NCBI GenBank assembly: GCA_964035545.1 | Contig: OZ037769.1 | Location: 11,934,633-11,998,632, forward strand | DNA from: Bugula neritina | Lineage: Eukaryota; Animalia; Bryozoa | Length of the DNA stretch: 64,000 nt | Direction: 5' to 3' | Shown here: positions 1 to 59,939 of the stretch, in pieces | Layout of the letters: the number at the start of each line of letters is the position of its first letter | How positions within the stretch are numbered: position 1 is the first letter of the stretch | Notes under the pieces: model-generated | Database searches by the model: none | What the model saw: the letters and a program-made list of their open reading frames with translations, nothing else | What the model was told of the DNA's origin: nothing | Made by a program: the position numbers and the translations under genes

Positions 1-322
1 CAATATATTATTATGACTTGGATACAGCAAATATTCTGAATAATTATATATTCTTTTGATGATGGCCACTTTAAGCTGTGGAATTACTTAAAATAACTTT
101 ATTGTTGCGATACCCAATCCCCAGGAGGTCTAATACTGTTTTAACAACAATATTTATTTAGAATTTAATTTGCTGCCTTTAGATTGGCGCACAGCATGGC
201 GCAAACCAATGCAGTGCATTACTATTTTTATCATGAATTTCACATATATAGTAGGTTTTGAGACCTTGCTTAAAAAGCAATAATGAGCAGCTAATTAATA
301 AAAACAAATTAATAATCAATAG

Positions 323-11080
<10,758 letters not shown>

Positions 11081-11081
11081 T

Positions 11082-11251
<170 letters not shown>

Positions 11252-11363
11252 TTCTATAATTAAAAATGAATCAAAAGAACTCAATATTTCGAAAAATAGA
11301 GTATTTATATTTGGTACTAATACAATTTTTGATATAAAAATAAACTTAGATCTTCATTCTATT

Positions 11364-11408
11364 GACTACAATATTGTTTCACGTAGTTCGAGCTACGATC
11401 ATCAGGTC
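11364..11408 (-). ncRNA. Minimal type I hammerhead ribozyme
   Basis: Minus strand reads gac-CUGAUGA-u-cguag-cucgaa-cuacg-u-GAAA-caauauug-UA-guc: intact catalytic core, 5-bp helix II, palindromic helix III, gac/guc helix I. Confidence 0.8.
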
Positions 11409-11477
11409 GTTGTGTGTACGCTTGAGTGATTTTGTTTTGAAATTAGTATTGTTAGTGTATTATTACGCTGGAATGTT

Positions 11478-11846
11478 TTAACTAGCGTCTGTTAAGTGTG
11501 CAAGTAAAAATTTGCGTTTATGTTCACACGTGGTGGAAAGCTCTTTTCGTTTGTTGAGGGAAGATAATTCCGGTTGTTTTAAAATTATATACTTCTCATA
11601 GTTGCATAAATTACATCTATTGGTTAGGTTTGAGTATGATTTGCAAATCTTTAAAATATTCCATTTTAAGATGAATTTCGTTTTGTTGTCTTTTAAATTC
11701 CAGATGTGTCTGCTGAGTTGCGTGCTGTTAGCTTTATCTGCATGTAGGAAAGAGGCTTTGTGGTTCTTGAATCTGGTTTTGAAGGTAGTCGAACAGAGTC
11801 CTATGTATGAATGGCTGGAATTATTGCAGAGCTCAGCAAAATACAT
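11478..11846 (-). CDS. GIY-YIG endonuclease domain fragment of the Penelope-like element
   Basis: 122-aa uninterrupted ORF with YIG, R, H, E, N GIY-YIG-type residues and CxxC; no RT domain upstream. Confidence 0.8.
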   Translation of the reverse strand: MYFAELCNNSSHSYIGLCSTTFKTRFKNHKASFLHADKANSTQLSRHIWNLKDNKTKFILKWNILKICKSYSNLTNRCNLCNYEKYIILKQPELSSLNKRKELSTTCEHKRKFLLAHLTDAS

Positions 11847-12609
11847 CCATTTTAAAATATTAGGTTACTAATAGCAGATTATTTTGCCACGTATAACATT
11901 TCTACTGCAACACCTGTATTCGACATTATATATAATGCAATAGCTATAGGGCAGTGGACTAGTGATGACAGCTAGCTCTCAAAGTACATTTTAAAGTGCT
12001 ACATCGTTTGATTACATTGGTGACAGCAGAACAATAACATATCAGGTTTACGTTTTAGCTAATTAACAGCAACAACATATGAAGCTTAATGAGTGATCAG
12101 TACGTTTTCAAGATTGTAAAATTTTATAATTGTGAAGCTCTTGAAAATCACCTAATCTAATAATAAAATATATAGAAGTGCAAATTCATAAATGTTAAAA
12201 GCAACAGATTAAGTCTGTTAAGTATTAATAACAGCTGCAGTGGTTTGGTAACAATTAAAGATCTTATTTTATTTAACTAGTAGATATAAATTATCTGTAT
12301 TTTAATTTAATTGCAATAATATTATTTTCATATATTTTATTCTGTTTTTGTATAAATTTTTTGATATCGGTTTTTACTTTCTCTATGTGAATGAATAATA
12401 TTTTTTTCTGTTGACAATCAGCTGGCAGACTTCTAATGTAAATGTATAGATCCACAAAATACACTATACATACATATTATGTAGATGGGCTATACAACTT
12501 GAACACCCAGAACACTTTGCAGATGCATTATACATATATCTGGTAAACCTTAAAGTAGAGCAAGGTATATAATTATATATACTTATCTATAAAAAGATAT
12601 CTTACAAAA

Positions 12610-13039
12610 GAGACATTTTACCTCATTTAGTAAACATCAGCAAATTATGACCTAGCATTAAAGTTTGCTCAAAACCTATTGAAATTTGCTATATGTGGTA
12701 TTTTTATGTGCATAGCTGGTTGTAATTATATGCATAACAAAAAAGGCTGGGAGGGGATTCCACATCATTAAAGCCCATGTCATTGTCATATGCATTTTAT
12801 ATAATAAAGACGTCACCGTCATGAAAACACTGTAAAGGTCCGCAAATCAAAATTAGCTGAATAATTAGGAAAAACATGAAAAATTAAGCAAAATCAAAAA
12901 CAACTTTAATTATTTAGTTATATTTATTGGTATGCTATATTAGTCTTAGGCATAAACTTATATACATTAGCAGCTAAATTGGGAAAAACAGCTAAAAACT
13001 GGAGATTTCGAGTGTGTACTAAATTAAGTGAAATAACCC
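12610..13039 (-). mobile_element. Non-autonomous DNA transposon, Sola2-like family, copy 1
   Basis: Reverse complement of 58113-58537. ~28-bp imperfect TIRs with GGG/GAG termini; flanks AAAA/ATAA. Confidence 0.72.
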
Positions 13040-13361
13040 ATAAATATTGAAACAAGTAATAGTGTGATGAACAAGTTATTTTTCAAAAAAAACTTTGCAG
13101 GCCAGCATTTTTCATTATTTCAATAATGTATTACTACTCTTCACGATAGAAGCTAGAATAACCAGTGATCATGTAGGGCTTCCTACAGTACTGTATAGTA
13201 TGTTAAAAAATAGAATAAAAATGCACAGAAAGCATTGTATTATTATTTAGTTAGATATGGGCATAACAATTCATGAAACAGTCTCACTCTTATATAGTTT
13301 ATAAAAAGCAATAACTCTCTGATGCAAATTAATTTATTTATTACTGTAGATAAGTCTAACG

Positions 13362-13471
<110 letters not shown>

Positions 13472-14157
13472 ATGTTAGTAACAGGAAAGCCAGCTTTGTA
13501 TAATAATTATGCAACCGCAGAATGTCCTATAATATATATATTACTTTAGCTATAATAATACTGGTTGTTGCAATCATTTAATTTTGTTATTATTTGAAAA
13601 AACTATTAGCAAACATAAAGAAAACAAAACCGGTTTTTGCCTTTGACTATAACTCTAGGAAAAAATAAATAATTCAATTTATAACTTTCCATGGAAAACA
13701 CAAGATGTGCATTAACTGTTATATGACGTTATTTTTATTTCTTGTTTGGTGTATTTCCTCACAATAGAGCAATATATCAACAAAACTGTCACGATTAACA
13801 TAGTTACTAGTGTGGTCACACCATATCAAAACTATCTTAATTGCAAAAGTGTTCAAAATATGTTTACTGTTGGATAGCCAATGAAAAGCTGCAACTGACA
13901 ATGTCATTGGTTGAAAGGGTGCTCTGACAGCCAGTATATGTAATTTATTACTTTTATATAAACTAGAGCAACAGATAAAGTTTTTAATTTACAATAACAC
14001 CAGTAGTCAGTTGGGAAAGCCATTTTGGCAAACCTCAGAATATTCCATATATAGCCATGACATGAAGTGAGTAATTTGTAAAATGCTTTACTGCCAGGAA
14101 CAGGAAAAACGCTGACTTTACAATACATTAAAACATAATTTGACTTCATGCATCGTG

Positions 14158-14200
14158 TATAAAAAGGCTTTTACTAAATCGCAATCGCAATCGCAATCGC
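14158..14200 (+). promoter_or_regulatory. Putative TATA box (TATAAAAA) followed by (AATCGC)4 just upstream of the CLCA-2 ATG
   Basis: TATAAAAA at 14158-14165, repeat at 14177-14200, ATG at 14211; position only. Confidence 0.35.
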
Positions 14201-14210
14201 AAAAGTTATT

Positions 14211-49369
<35,159 letters not shown>

Positions 49370-50078
49370 CTCATTACCCTTATAACATGATATATAGACA
49401 TCAAATTCAAAAATATTTTTGATATATGACATAAAAAATTGTTCATATTGTATATCAAAAACATTCAGATATTTCAGACCACTCCTGTATGAATATTAAT
49501 GAAGTGGCCTGAAATACCTGTAAATTGTCAGCTGCTCAAACACACCCAAAATTTTTTGTTAGCAACATTGCAGTTCAATTTGCTTGCATTTCTGCTATAA
49601 TATAATGTATCTTTGTTTAACTTTGAGTATAAGATTGCGGCTATAGCAATTATTTTTGTTTAGTGAACTCAAAGAGCAAATCGTGGAGCTGGTAACTTTT
49701 TTAATACTGTGCAATATGTTACTATGCTGTATGCCCGTTGATGTTGGCTATATTTGTTGATTTACTTAGATGTAAATAGATTATTCAGTTTAGCAGTATA
49801 GTTCAGCAATTTATTTTAATGGAGACACAGGAAAGAAAGAAAGGGATTATGGGTAAACAGGAAGCATATTACAAAAAGATGTGATATGGAATCTATAAGT
49901 ATGCAGAGAACATAACTCCAAAATAGTATTATAAGTAGCTGATTCTCACTACATTCAATACTCCTACATAGTTTAGTTATGACATAAATGAAAACAAAAA
50001 CTAAACTAAATACAGAGAAAATAAAAGTAAAGAAAACTATGTAACAAAACATTTAATATGATGCAAGGTTTAACCAGT

Positions 50079-50550
50079 TTACACATTTAATTTATCTTGG
50101 GTGAGGGGTTTTGTAAAAATGTCAGCAAGCATAATATTTTCTGTAGGACAATATTCAGTTACAATATTTTGATTTTGCACGTCTCGTCGAATGTAATGGA
50201 ATTTAACATCAAAGTGCTTGCTTCTTTTGCTTACATTTGTATTGTTTGCTATATTGATGGCGGATTGATTGTTAATGCAGAGTCTTATTGGGCTTAGTGC
50301 CTTGTCAGTGACATCAGCAAGTAACTGCCGTAGCCATGTAGCCTCTCTGGTAGCATCAAAAGCAGCTATATATTTTGCCTCTGTTGAAGATAAGGCCACA
50401 GTTGACTGTCTTTTACTGAGCCAACTAATAGGACCTTTGTTTGCCATAAACACGTTGCCAGAGATGGAATGTCGGTTCTCATCATTTTCAGCCCAGTTAG
50501 CATCTGAGTATCCAACTAGCTGCTCACCAGATTTACAGAAAATTTACCCA
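50079..50550 (-). mobile_element. Ty1/Copia RNase H fragment
   Basis: GYSDANWAE...RHSISG.VF...GPISWLSKRQSTVALSSTEAKYIA...NQSAI.IA.N...KRSKHFDVKFHYIR...EYCPTE..LADIFTKPL. Confidence 0.92.
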
Positions 50551-50672
50551 TAATTCGTATAACCACTGTCTACTACTTATAAGTAACCTGACAATATATT
50601 ATTATACTGAACTTGAAGATTGGAAATATAGAAAATAAAATATTAAAATTAAAATAAAACTTATATATATAT

Positions 50673-51322
<650 letters not shown>

Positions 51323-53524
51323 TTGAGCAATCTCATGAAAATTTAAACGAAAACATTAAAATCGCGTGTAGAGGTAAAACAAATTTGAAAAGTCCTAAAT
51401 TAAATGAAATATGATCTTAGAACTTTTTGTAGATGCCTATATTGTTAGTGAGATGGTAAATATCACAAAGCAGGATTTAAAGAAACAGCAGCTGCAATGG
51501 AAATTGTGGGACAGACTGGTTTGCTCCTACAAGTGGTATATACCCAAACTGTGCCAGAGTAGGGACACCATATTAAAGTCTCGAATCTTTCCACAAAAAT
51601 GAGCTGATTGCATATAGTTGCTAAAGTAAAGAGTACAATACAAGCTAGTAATTTTGTGCATTTAAGCGCAAAACTTAATTTAATGTTACATTATAGTTCT
51701 ATAAAAAAACATTTACTCGTATGAATGTAATTTACATTAAATCTGCCAGAGCTCTGAAAAATACTAAAGTTAAAACTAAATGGTTATTGGGGCTTTAGTC
51801 CTAATACAAGGTACAAGTACAAGACAATAACATTGACAAGAAACAAATATTCAGCTATAAAGAACTTTTGTACAGCTAATAACAGAGTAAAGCATAGAAA
51901 CATTTTTACTTTGCTTGTGGCTAGTTCAAAAATCAAGTGTAAGATTGATAACATTGCGTCATCTGCTTGATTGTTGAAAGCAAAGTTTACTCATATTTGG
52001 GCGATGATTAAGTTTTGAAGTATATATTATAAGATATAAACAATTATACGTTTATGATAAGGTCGTTAGAGTTACACAAGATTTTAGGTTCAATACTTAT
52101 AATACTGAAAAACAATAAATTGCATGTTGCTTATATCTTGTCTTGCGCTATTATCTTGCCAATAAGACAAAGACTTTATAAGTGCATTTATATACAATGC
52201 TATTTATGATGCTGATATATTTAATTTACTAAATTGGTTAGAAACTATAGATAATTGATCACTTGTAAAATATTATAGAGTGAACCACATTTACAATTCA
52301 TCTTCATTTTATCTTCTTTTTACAATATCGTAAAACATTTTTTAGGAAAATTATGTTATTTTTGTGCACGAGTGAAGAAAAATACCCAATAAATTGTTTA
52401 TATAGTTTGTCATCAAATTTATATCTGTAATATTTGAACTTTACAATTCTGAATATGTTTGAATTTTATATTTTTTGCTATTTTTAGATTTTCATATGCT
52501 AGAACAGAAGAGTAGAAGTCAGTATTGAAATTATGTAATATGTAAATATAATCGCCTTTTTTTAAGGGGCCAAAAAAGTTCTGCTTTGTAATAATAAAAA
52601 GGTTTGCAACATTTATCTACCTAGATATTTCATAACCTTTTTAGAAACTTTAAGTCACTGTACTTATCCTTATTAATAATTAAAATATATTTTTAAAATC
52701 ATAGATTATTTTTGCCATGCTATATTCTGCTATATATCTGAGCTCAACATCCTTTTTATTAGTTAAAATGGTGTGTTTTTCTGTAATCTCTGTGCAAGTG
52801 AAACAAGCTAATTCGACCTTGAAACCCTCTCAATGAGCTCGTTATTATAGGTGAAAATATTTGTATAGAAATGAGAAAAAAAAATCAGTTTATTCACTAA
52901 AATATTTTACATAGAATATTCACTTATAAGCATTGAAAACTCATGAATAATAAAATACACATCACCTACTATTTCTCTCATTCTTATGTTATATATTGCA
53001 TAATACATAAAGCATATTATATGAAATATTATATTACAGCAATCGTGCTAGCTACAGCATATGCAGGTAATATTATGTGCCATACTACATTACAATATGC
53101 AAAACACAAACAAAATTATAAGCTGTTATAATAAGTCAAAAGCTAATCAAATTGAGATATTGGATATACAAAATGAAAAATGTCAACAAATTTTGTTTGA
53201 TTTTTTTTCAAAATCGCTAGTAAAATACACTATATAAAGTACAAAGTTAAACAAAAGACAGAAAAGCTGATACAGTGAAAGTTCAAAGAAGTCATCAATT
53301 GTAAGGTTTTAACAGATCATTCTTGATGACATGAGTTTGAAAATTGTTAAAAATACCTGTGAAATGAATTTGAAGTGAAACGCAAAAATAAGATATGTTT
53401 CTTCTGGTATTGAAGTTAACAGGTTAATTGATTGTTGTAGAATGAAACTTTTTCCAATTGTTTTTACCATGTTTTAACTCCCAATCTAGTGAAAAGTTGA
53501 CAAATAGAAACAAAATTGCAACGA

Positions 53525-54698
53525 CTACAGCAATGTACAATCGTTTCTTTTATTTTCCAATTGTCTTTTTTCAGCTGCTAAAGCATTAGCTTCACTTTCC
53601 AATTTCTGTCTAAGCTTTTGTTTGTTTTCTCTCAACGCTTGCAATTTTTGATGTAGTGTTCTTTTGTATTTTTCGAGCTCGTTTCTCTCAATTGCATAGT
53701 TTTCATTTGCCTTTGCAACTTTTCTTTCAAGTTTTCTCAGCTCTATAAAAGTGAAGTTTTTCATTAGTTGACTACTTACTTGTTTCTCTTTTTCTCTCAG
53801 TTTTTCCAACATGGCATTATCTTTGACAGTGTAAAACTGGAATGACCGCTTGCATTCTTCTACCATAGCTGCCACTGTTTCTATTTGCTCAACAATCAAC
53901 CATTCAAAAGAACTCTCTGCAACTTCTCCAAGCTCTCTCTTCATCTTCAATATTTTCATTTTTCTATACTCACTCATTGCCAGCACATGGACATCGCTGA
54001 TATGGTCTTCTAGTTTAGACCAATGTTTGCTAAAATTAAGCATGTAAAGAATCTGTAGGCAAATAGTTTTAAACATTTAGCTGATGAGCAAAGTGAGATG
54101 AAAAAATACTCCCACGATTGAAGTTAATGTGCATTTTATGAAAACGCCTATCATATATTAACATCAAACCGAAAGCTCGACGAGTTTTTCACTTGGTGAG
54201 TTTCTACTTCTGTCTGAAACCAGTTTCTGCAAACTACAGCCTCTCCATTTAAATCATCTATTAGCTGTTCAACTATTGAGTACTTTTTTAGCTTTTGAGG
54301 TTCTAAAAACTGTTTAAAGTATATATATAGTTGTTTAGAAAAACAATGGTTCAGGATTTTTACAGGCACTGGGTTAGTTGCACAATAGGTTAAAATACAA
54401 AACATGTAAGCTAAGATACAAAAGAGTTAAGTTAAGATAGAAAAAAGGTAAAATAAGATGCAACATGTGTGAACACAAAGTAAAATATTCCTGATAACAA
54501 AATTTAAGCATGTTTTTAAAAGATTCTCTTAAGTTAGAATTGGTAAACAAATACTTAAGGAATTCTCACTTCGAAATGAATGACCTGACATATCTCTAAA
54601 GCATCCGCACAGATTTTACGACAGACTGCGTCTTCCAAATATTCTGCAGGAGTCATCATTTGTGGCAACTCCATAGCTTCATGTAATTCTTTTACCAA
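53525..54698 (-). CDS. Coiled-coil protein cassette B, paralog of A, ending in CaaX box CTLL; 5' end undefined
   Basis: Exons 54698-54570 (129 nt), 54309-54170 (140 nt), 54029-53525. Same sizes and phases as cassette A, with alignable sequence: LPQM...CRKI...CQ vs LPPM...CRKI...CQ; EP..LKKY...SSFR vs EP..LKKY...ASFR; SKLEDHISD vs SELEESITD. Confidence 0.75.
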
Positions 54699-54807
54699 CT
54701 TCAAAACCAAAACAACTAAAGCATTAGTTCTATTATAAATACTCATTCTTTTTAATATTTTACTTACTCTACAGATATTGTGTATTGTTTGGAAAAAAAA
54801 ATTCATC

Positions 54808-54989
54808 TGCTGCTACCACTACCACTACGACTACGACTACCACTACCACTGCCACTACCACTACGACTACGACTGCCACTGCCACTGCCACCGCCACCGC
54901 CACCGCCACCGCCACCGCCACCGCCACCGCCACCGCCACCGCCACCGCCACCGCCACCGCCACCGCCACCACCACCACTACCACTACCA

Positions 54990-55039
<50 letters not shown>

Positions 55040-55040
55040 T
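54808..55040. repeat. Compound tri/hexanucleotide repeat (ACCACT / GCCACC / ACT)
   Basis: Direct reading. Confidence 0.93.
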
Positions 55041-56798
55041 CTGACAGTAAAAAGTAAGCAATTACTTCTGAATATTATATAGAAACTGTAGGAGTATGGT
55101 GCAACCACCCACCTTGTGCTTGCCCAGCATATATGAGAAATAATGCGATTATTGTAGGAAATTAAATAATTTCATGGTACACTGCTATTCTCGCAAACAA
55201 CACCATCAACCCTAGACAAAAAGGCCAACTAAGTAACAACTAGAACCAATCTTCAGACAGTGACTCCCAGAATGTGAGTGCCATAAGTTAACATTGGTGA
55301 TTTCTACTAAACAATCAGGTGCTGTTTAAAAATTGAATTATAACTAGTTCATCATGGCAATACATTGACTACAGTTGACTCATAAGCCAAACTAAATAAA
55401 TCTCAACTCACATCTGTACCAACCCTTACTTGACTTTGACAGAGAAGTTACATAATTACTGTAAAAGGCTTAGTGGTGGAAACAATCCAGCACAGCTTGT
55501 TTTCTGTCACAAAGTTGATGTGTATATGCATACATCTCTTACAGCTGTACTCAGCACACAAGAAATATTAACTTTGCCATAATTTATTGTTATACTTCTA
55601 GACTTTACCCACTGACTATATAGGCTAAATTTTTATAAAAAACTAAAAAATGTTAAGATAGAAATATGAAACCTGAATATTAGACTAGTGCAAGCACAGC
55701 CTGGTAAGATGCCCGTAATTGTCTATGATCTTGCACTTTATTACTGGTAAGGCATTAATTTGAAGAAAACTACAAAAAGGTTTAAAACTGTTTTTTTTTT
55801 TATTGTGCTTTAAACAATTATCATGTTGTGAAAGAAGTACAATAGGTTAGCAAAAAATAAAGATATTCCCATAACTCGTGACTAAGTATGTATTTTCTAA
55901 AAATATAAAACTATATGTGTACAAGTAATATCATATATAACATGTATTATAGGAACACATCTTTATATAGTTGAAATACAGCCCAGTTCATAGTTTATGT
56001 AGTCTCATGAAACATCTACTAGTATTATTTTAAAGACAACAATTTTTTAAGCAACTTAGTTAGGAGGTAAATATTCATTCCCCCAGCACAGTATTATGGT
56101 GCATGGGGTTGTAACTTGTGTTTCACTGCAACATCAAACAAGAATACTCAGGGTAATATTAATTGTTATTCTTAATATAATAACATATATATGCTAAAAA
56201 AAATGTTGTTATAGATGATGCTTTATTTACTTTACTAAGCCAAAATGTTACATCAATGAAACTATCATATTTTAGTTAAATTTCTGTATAAGAGTAATAA
56301 AATAATCTGTTTAAAATATATTTTATATTAGTTCAAAGCATCTTGAAACGTTTAGGCCAAAATGAAAGTAAACCACTCTTGTATTTGACCATTACTAGAC
56401 AAACTAATAATTTAGAGCATTCTCTAGTTACAACTGCTAAAACATTTTTGAAACAAAGTGAAACACCAGAGAAGAGGAGTGTGTTTAAATAGTTTATCTC
56501 TACAATTACTAAAATTTGATACTATATATATTAGATATTATATATACTTCATACTATATATAACTAGATGGTGTATCTACTTCATAATGAACATTAGATA
56601 TATTATATATTATACTTCATACTATAACATATACTAGATAGTATATATATATATATACTTCGTACTGTATGTATATTAAATAAAGAGCATTTAATATGTA
56701 TTATACTTTATGAAAACTTCAGCAGTTGAATTACTTTCAGTTGACATATATACTATTTGTTTCCCATATGATTTTCTTGTTTCATGCATCTGGCGTTT

Positions 56799-59043
56799 TT
56801 ATTCCAATAAAGATGCAAGAAACTTTACAGCAGCACCAACAGCTACTCCGCACGCACAAACAACAGCAGCAACAGGTGTTGCTAAAGTGACACCAACAGC
56901 AACAATGGCAGATCCTACAGCCGATAATATGGCGATTTCTGATCGAGATTCAGCACGTTTTTTCATTTCTATCTTTAGTTCTTTGACCTCTAACTCCAAA
57001 GCAGGTATTTCTTTTTCCAAAACTGCAATATATTTTTCTCTATCTTTTCTGGCACTTTCAATTTTTTGTTTCAAATTTTTCTGCTGTTTTCTCAACATCT
57101 GCATACCAGCAGAGTCATCTTTTTCTCTTTTGTTTAGTTTTTTTCTTGCATTGATTAATTTTCTCTGTGCTTTCATTTTAACACTCCAATTTGTAGCCTC
57201 ATTCACCTCAATTTCCAGGTGGGTGATTAGCTTTCGATCTTCCATAAACAAACTGTCAGATTTTGCTAATAAAACTGTCACCTCTTCCAGTTGCCCATCG
57301 AGCAAACTTTCAATTTCATTTCTTTTTGCTGCTTCCAACTCAATTTGCATATCTTCAAGTTTTTTCTTAGTAGAATGGCTCATCACAATTAACCAAGCAT
57401 CAGTGATACTTTCTTCCAATTCAGATTGGTTTTTCCTGAAAAAAAACTAAAAATAAAGTATTCTAATATACTTTTAATATTAAAGTCAAGTAGAAATTCA
57501 CATGATGCAACACAAAATCGAGATGAGAAAATTTTCTAAACCTGAAACTTGCTGATTTGGTAATTTTAAGATCTTCGGCCTTCTTTGAAAACCTTTTTCT
57601 AAAAGTCTCAGCTATGTTCCCTAAGGCAGACCTCAGTTCCTCACTTTCTTGATACTTTTTAAGCTCACTGGGCTCCGAAAGCTATAAAGAAAATTATAGG
57701 TTTTACCAAATTAAATCTTGTGATTTTCAAACATCAGCATAAAACAATAAATTCCAGTAACACATGCACTCTAACGCCTTTGATTTGAAAAAACAGTTAA
57801 TATATACTATAGCTGTATGCTTTTATTATTAATTTTATCATATACAGTAAACACAATATAGTCATTTCAATTAGCATTTGCTATGTTTTTACTAGTCAAG
57901 TAAAGCAAACACTTTTCTTTCTATCATCAGTTGAACAAGACTTACCTTGAACATTTCTCCTTGACACAAGTTTGAATTCTCTAAATATATTTTTCGACAC
58001 AAAATATCTTGTAAATGGTCTTTAGGATTACACATGGGAGGCAAATCCTGAGCTCCATATCTTTCTCTGGTCATCTAATAAATTATAATACGCTACACTA
58101 ATAATATAGCGTGGGTCATTTTACTTAATTTAGTACACACTGGATATCTTCAGTTTTTGGCTATTTTTTACAATTTAGCTGGTAATGAACATGGTTTTTT
58201 TTGGCCAAAACTAGTGAAACACCAATAAATACACCTAAATAATTAAAACTTTTTTTAATTTTGCTTCATTTCCCATGTTTTTCCCTAATAATCCAGCTAG
58301 TTTTGGTTTCGGATCGTTATGGTTTTTTTCTTAACGGTCCGCACATATAGAATATTAAGTGCATATGACAATGACCTGTGCTTTAATGTTGGGGAATTCC
58401 CTCCCAGCCTTTTCTGTTATGCGTAGTTAAAACCAGCACATAAAAATACTATGTATAGTATATTTCAATTGACTTTGAGCAAACTTTATTGTCAGGTCAT
58501 AAGCTGCTGGTGTGTACTAAATGAACTAAACTGTCTCACGTGTATTTATATTTGTTTCGGATTATTTATGATGAATGTACGTAACACTATATGGTAACTT
58601 ATTAGTGGCTAAATGCTGCTGAATTTATGCCCGCAAAACCTCTAAATCACTTTAAAAAAACATCTATTCAGTAAATTATTGTAATAATTGTTATAAACCT
58701 GATAAATTCGGGCATTTAATTCTATTCGACAAAATTAAAATAACATATTTTACAGTTTTTTTGGTAGCTTTTTGCAACAACAAAACTTTTTTCGAATATG
58801 AAAAATTCTAATTTTTATGAAAAACTTTAGAATTCTCACAATGTAAATTGCAGTTATATACATCAGGTTTAGCCATTTTAGCACAGCACATTCACTGAGC
58901 TTATGATTTAAAATGGAGAAAGTATAAACAAACTTTTATAAGTGTACAATGTTCTCAGAAATTCTCACCTGAATAATATTACTATAGAACTTTTGCAAAT
59001 CCTCCCCTTTTAAAACTGAATTCTTTCTCTCAGACAAAAATAG
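56799..59043 (-). CDS. Coiled-coil protein cassette A with C-terminal hydrophobic hairpin (GBP/atlastin-like helical region, tentative); 5' end undefined
   Basis: Frame-consistent GT-AG exons: 59043-58969 (LFLSERKNSVLKGEDLQKFYSNIIQ), 58074-57946, 57681-57542, 57435-56799. Long E/K-rich heptads, then IAILSAVGSAIVAVGVTLATPVAAVVCACGVAVGAAVKFLASLLE*. Confidence 0.75.
58113..58537 (+). mobile_element. Non-autonomous DNA transposon, Sola2-like family, copy 2 (intron of cassette A)
   Basis: GGGTCATTTTACTTAATTTAGTACACAC ... GTGTGTACTAAATGAACTAAACTGTCTC; flanks GCGT/ACGT. Confidence 0.72.
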
Positions 59044-59939
59044 CTATAGGGGCAACGGGAGGGGGGCACAGAGAGCCAAATTTTAAATTTTTTGCTCCCT
59101 ATCGTCTGTTTTTCAAGTTGCTAGTTCAATAATATATAATCAAAATGCTACAGCAGTTGTCCATTATAGGTATAAGTTTGTCGTTTCTATATGCTGCTTT
59201 CACAACCTTTAGAATAAAAAAATCCTCATGTCGAAAACACTGGTTCATTGTGCTCTGGTACCAGGGTACAGTGAGCCACTAGATGGGACACAACAAATAT
59301 ACTGAAACTTTGCTGAGTTGGTTGCATCTGATCTTTACTTATTTTATTTATTTTGGTTTATAATTTAAGGCTTGTCAACATGTGTCAAAGACAATGCAAA
59401 AAGCAAATAAATTAGTGTTCTATCCAACTTTGAAAAAAGCAGAAAATAACCGCTCACCAAGTAGGCATGTTGGCAGTTTGACAATATGTTGTTTGAAATC
59501 TCAAAGTCCCTGCATAGCGTAATTGATTAGCGCGCTTGCTTGCAAGCTGGATGTCTGTGGTTCATATACCGGTGCATGGGGGCAATTATTTTGCACAACA
59601 ATAATGCCCAGCTATAATTAACTTTATTTAAAAGAGCAAAATAGAAAAACTATTTTATATTAGTGAAATATATGTAACATTTGGTAATCATTGAGCTGAC
59701 ACAGTGTTATTCTAAGATTATACAAGAAAAGCAGTGTTTCATATAATTTAGTTCAGTAATTTATCTTAGGATGAAGATAAGAACACAACAGATTTAGTAA
59801 CTAGGAGAAAGTAAACTTAAATCTTTTCTTTTATTTCATTTGTTCTACAGCTAACTATATACCTAGACCATTTACCTCTCAGCCACAATTGGAGATCTTG
59901 CATTTACCCAAAGAACATGTAACACCACTAACATAGTGG

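Noticed and set aside
54769-55108. Poly-Pro/Thr/Gly/His-Arg ORFs
   Set aside because: Compound microsatellite open in several frames; no consistent splice context.
56710-57450. 246-aa + strand ORF
   Set aside because: Antisense shadow of the cassette A terminal exon.
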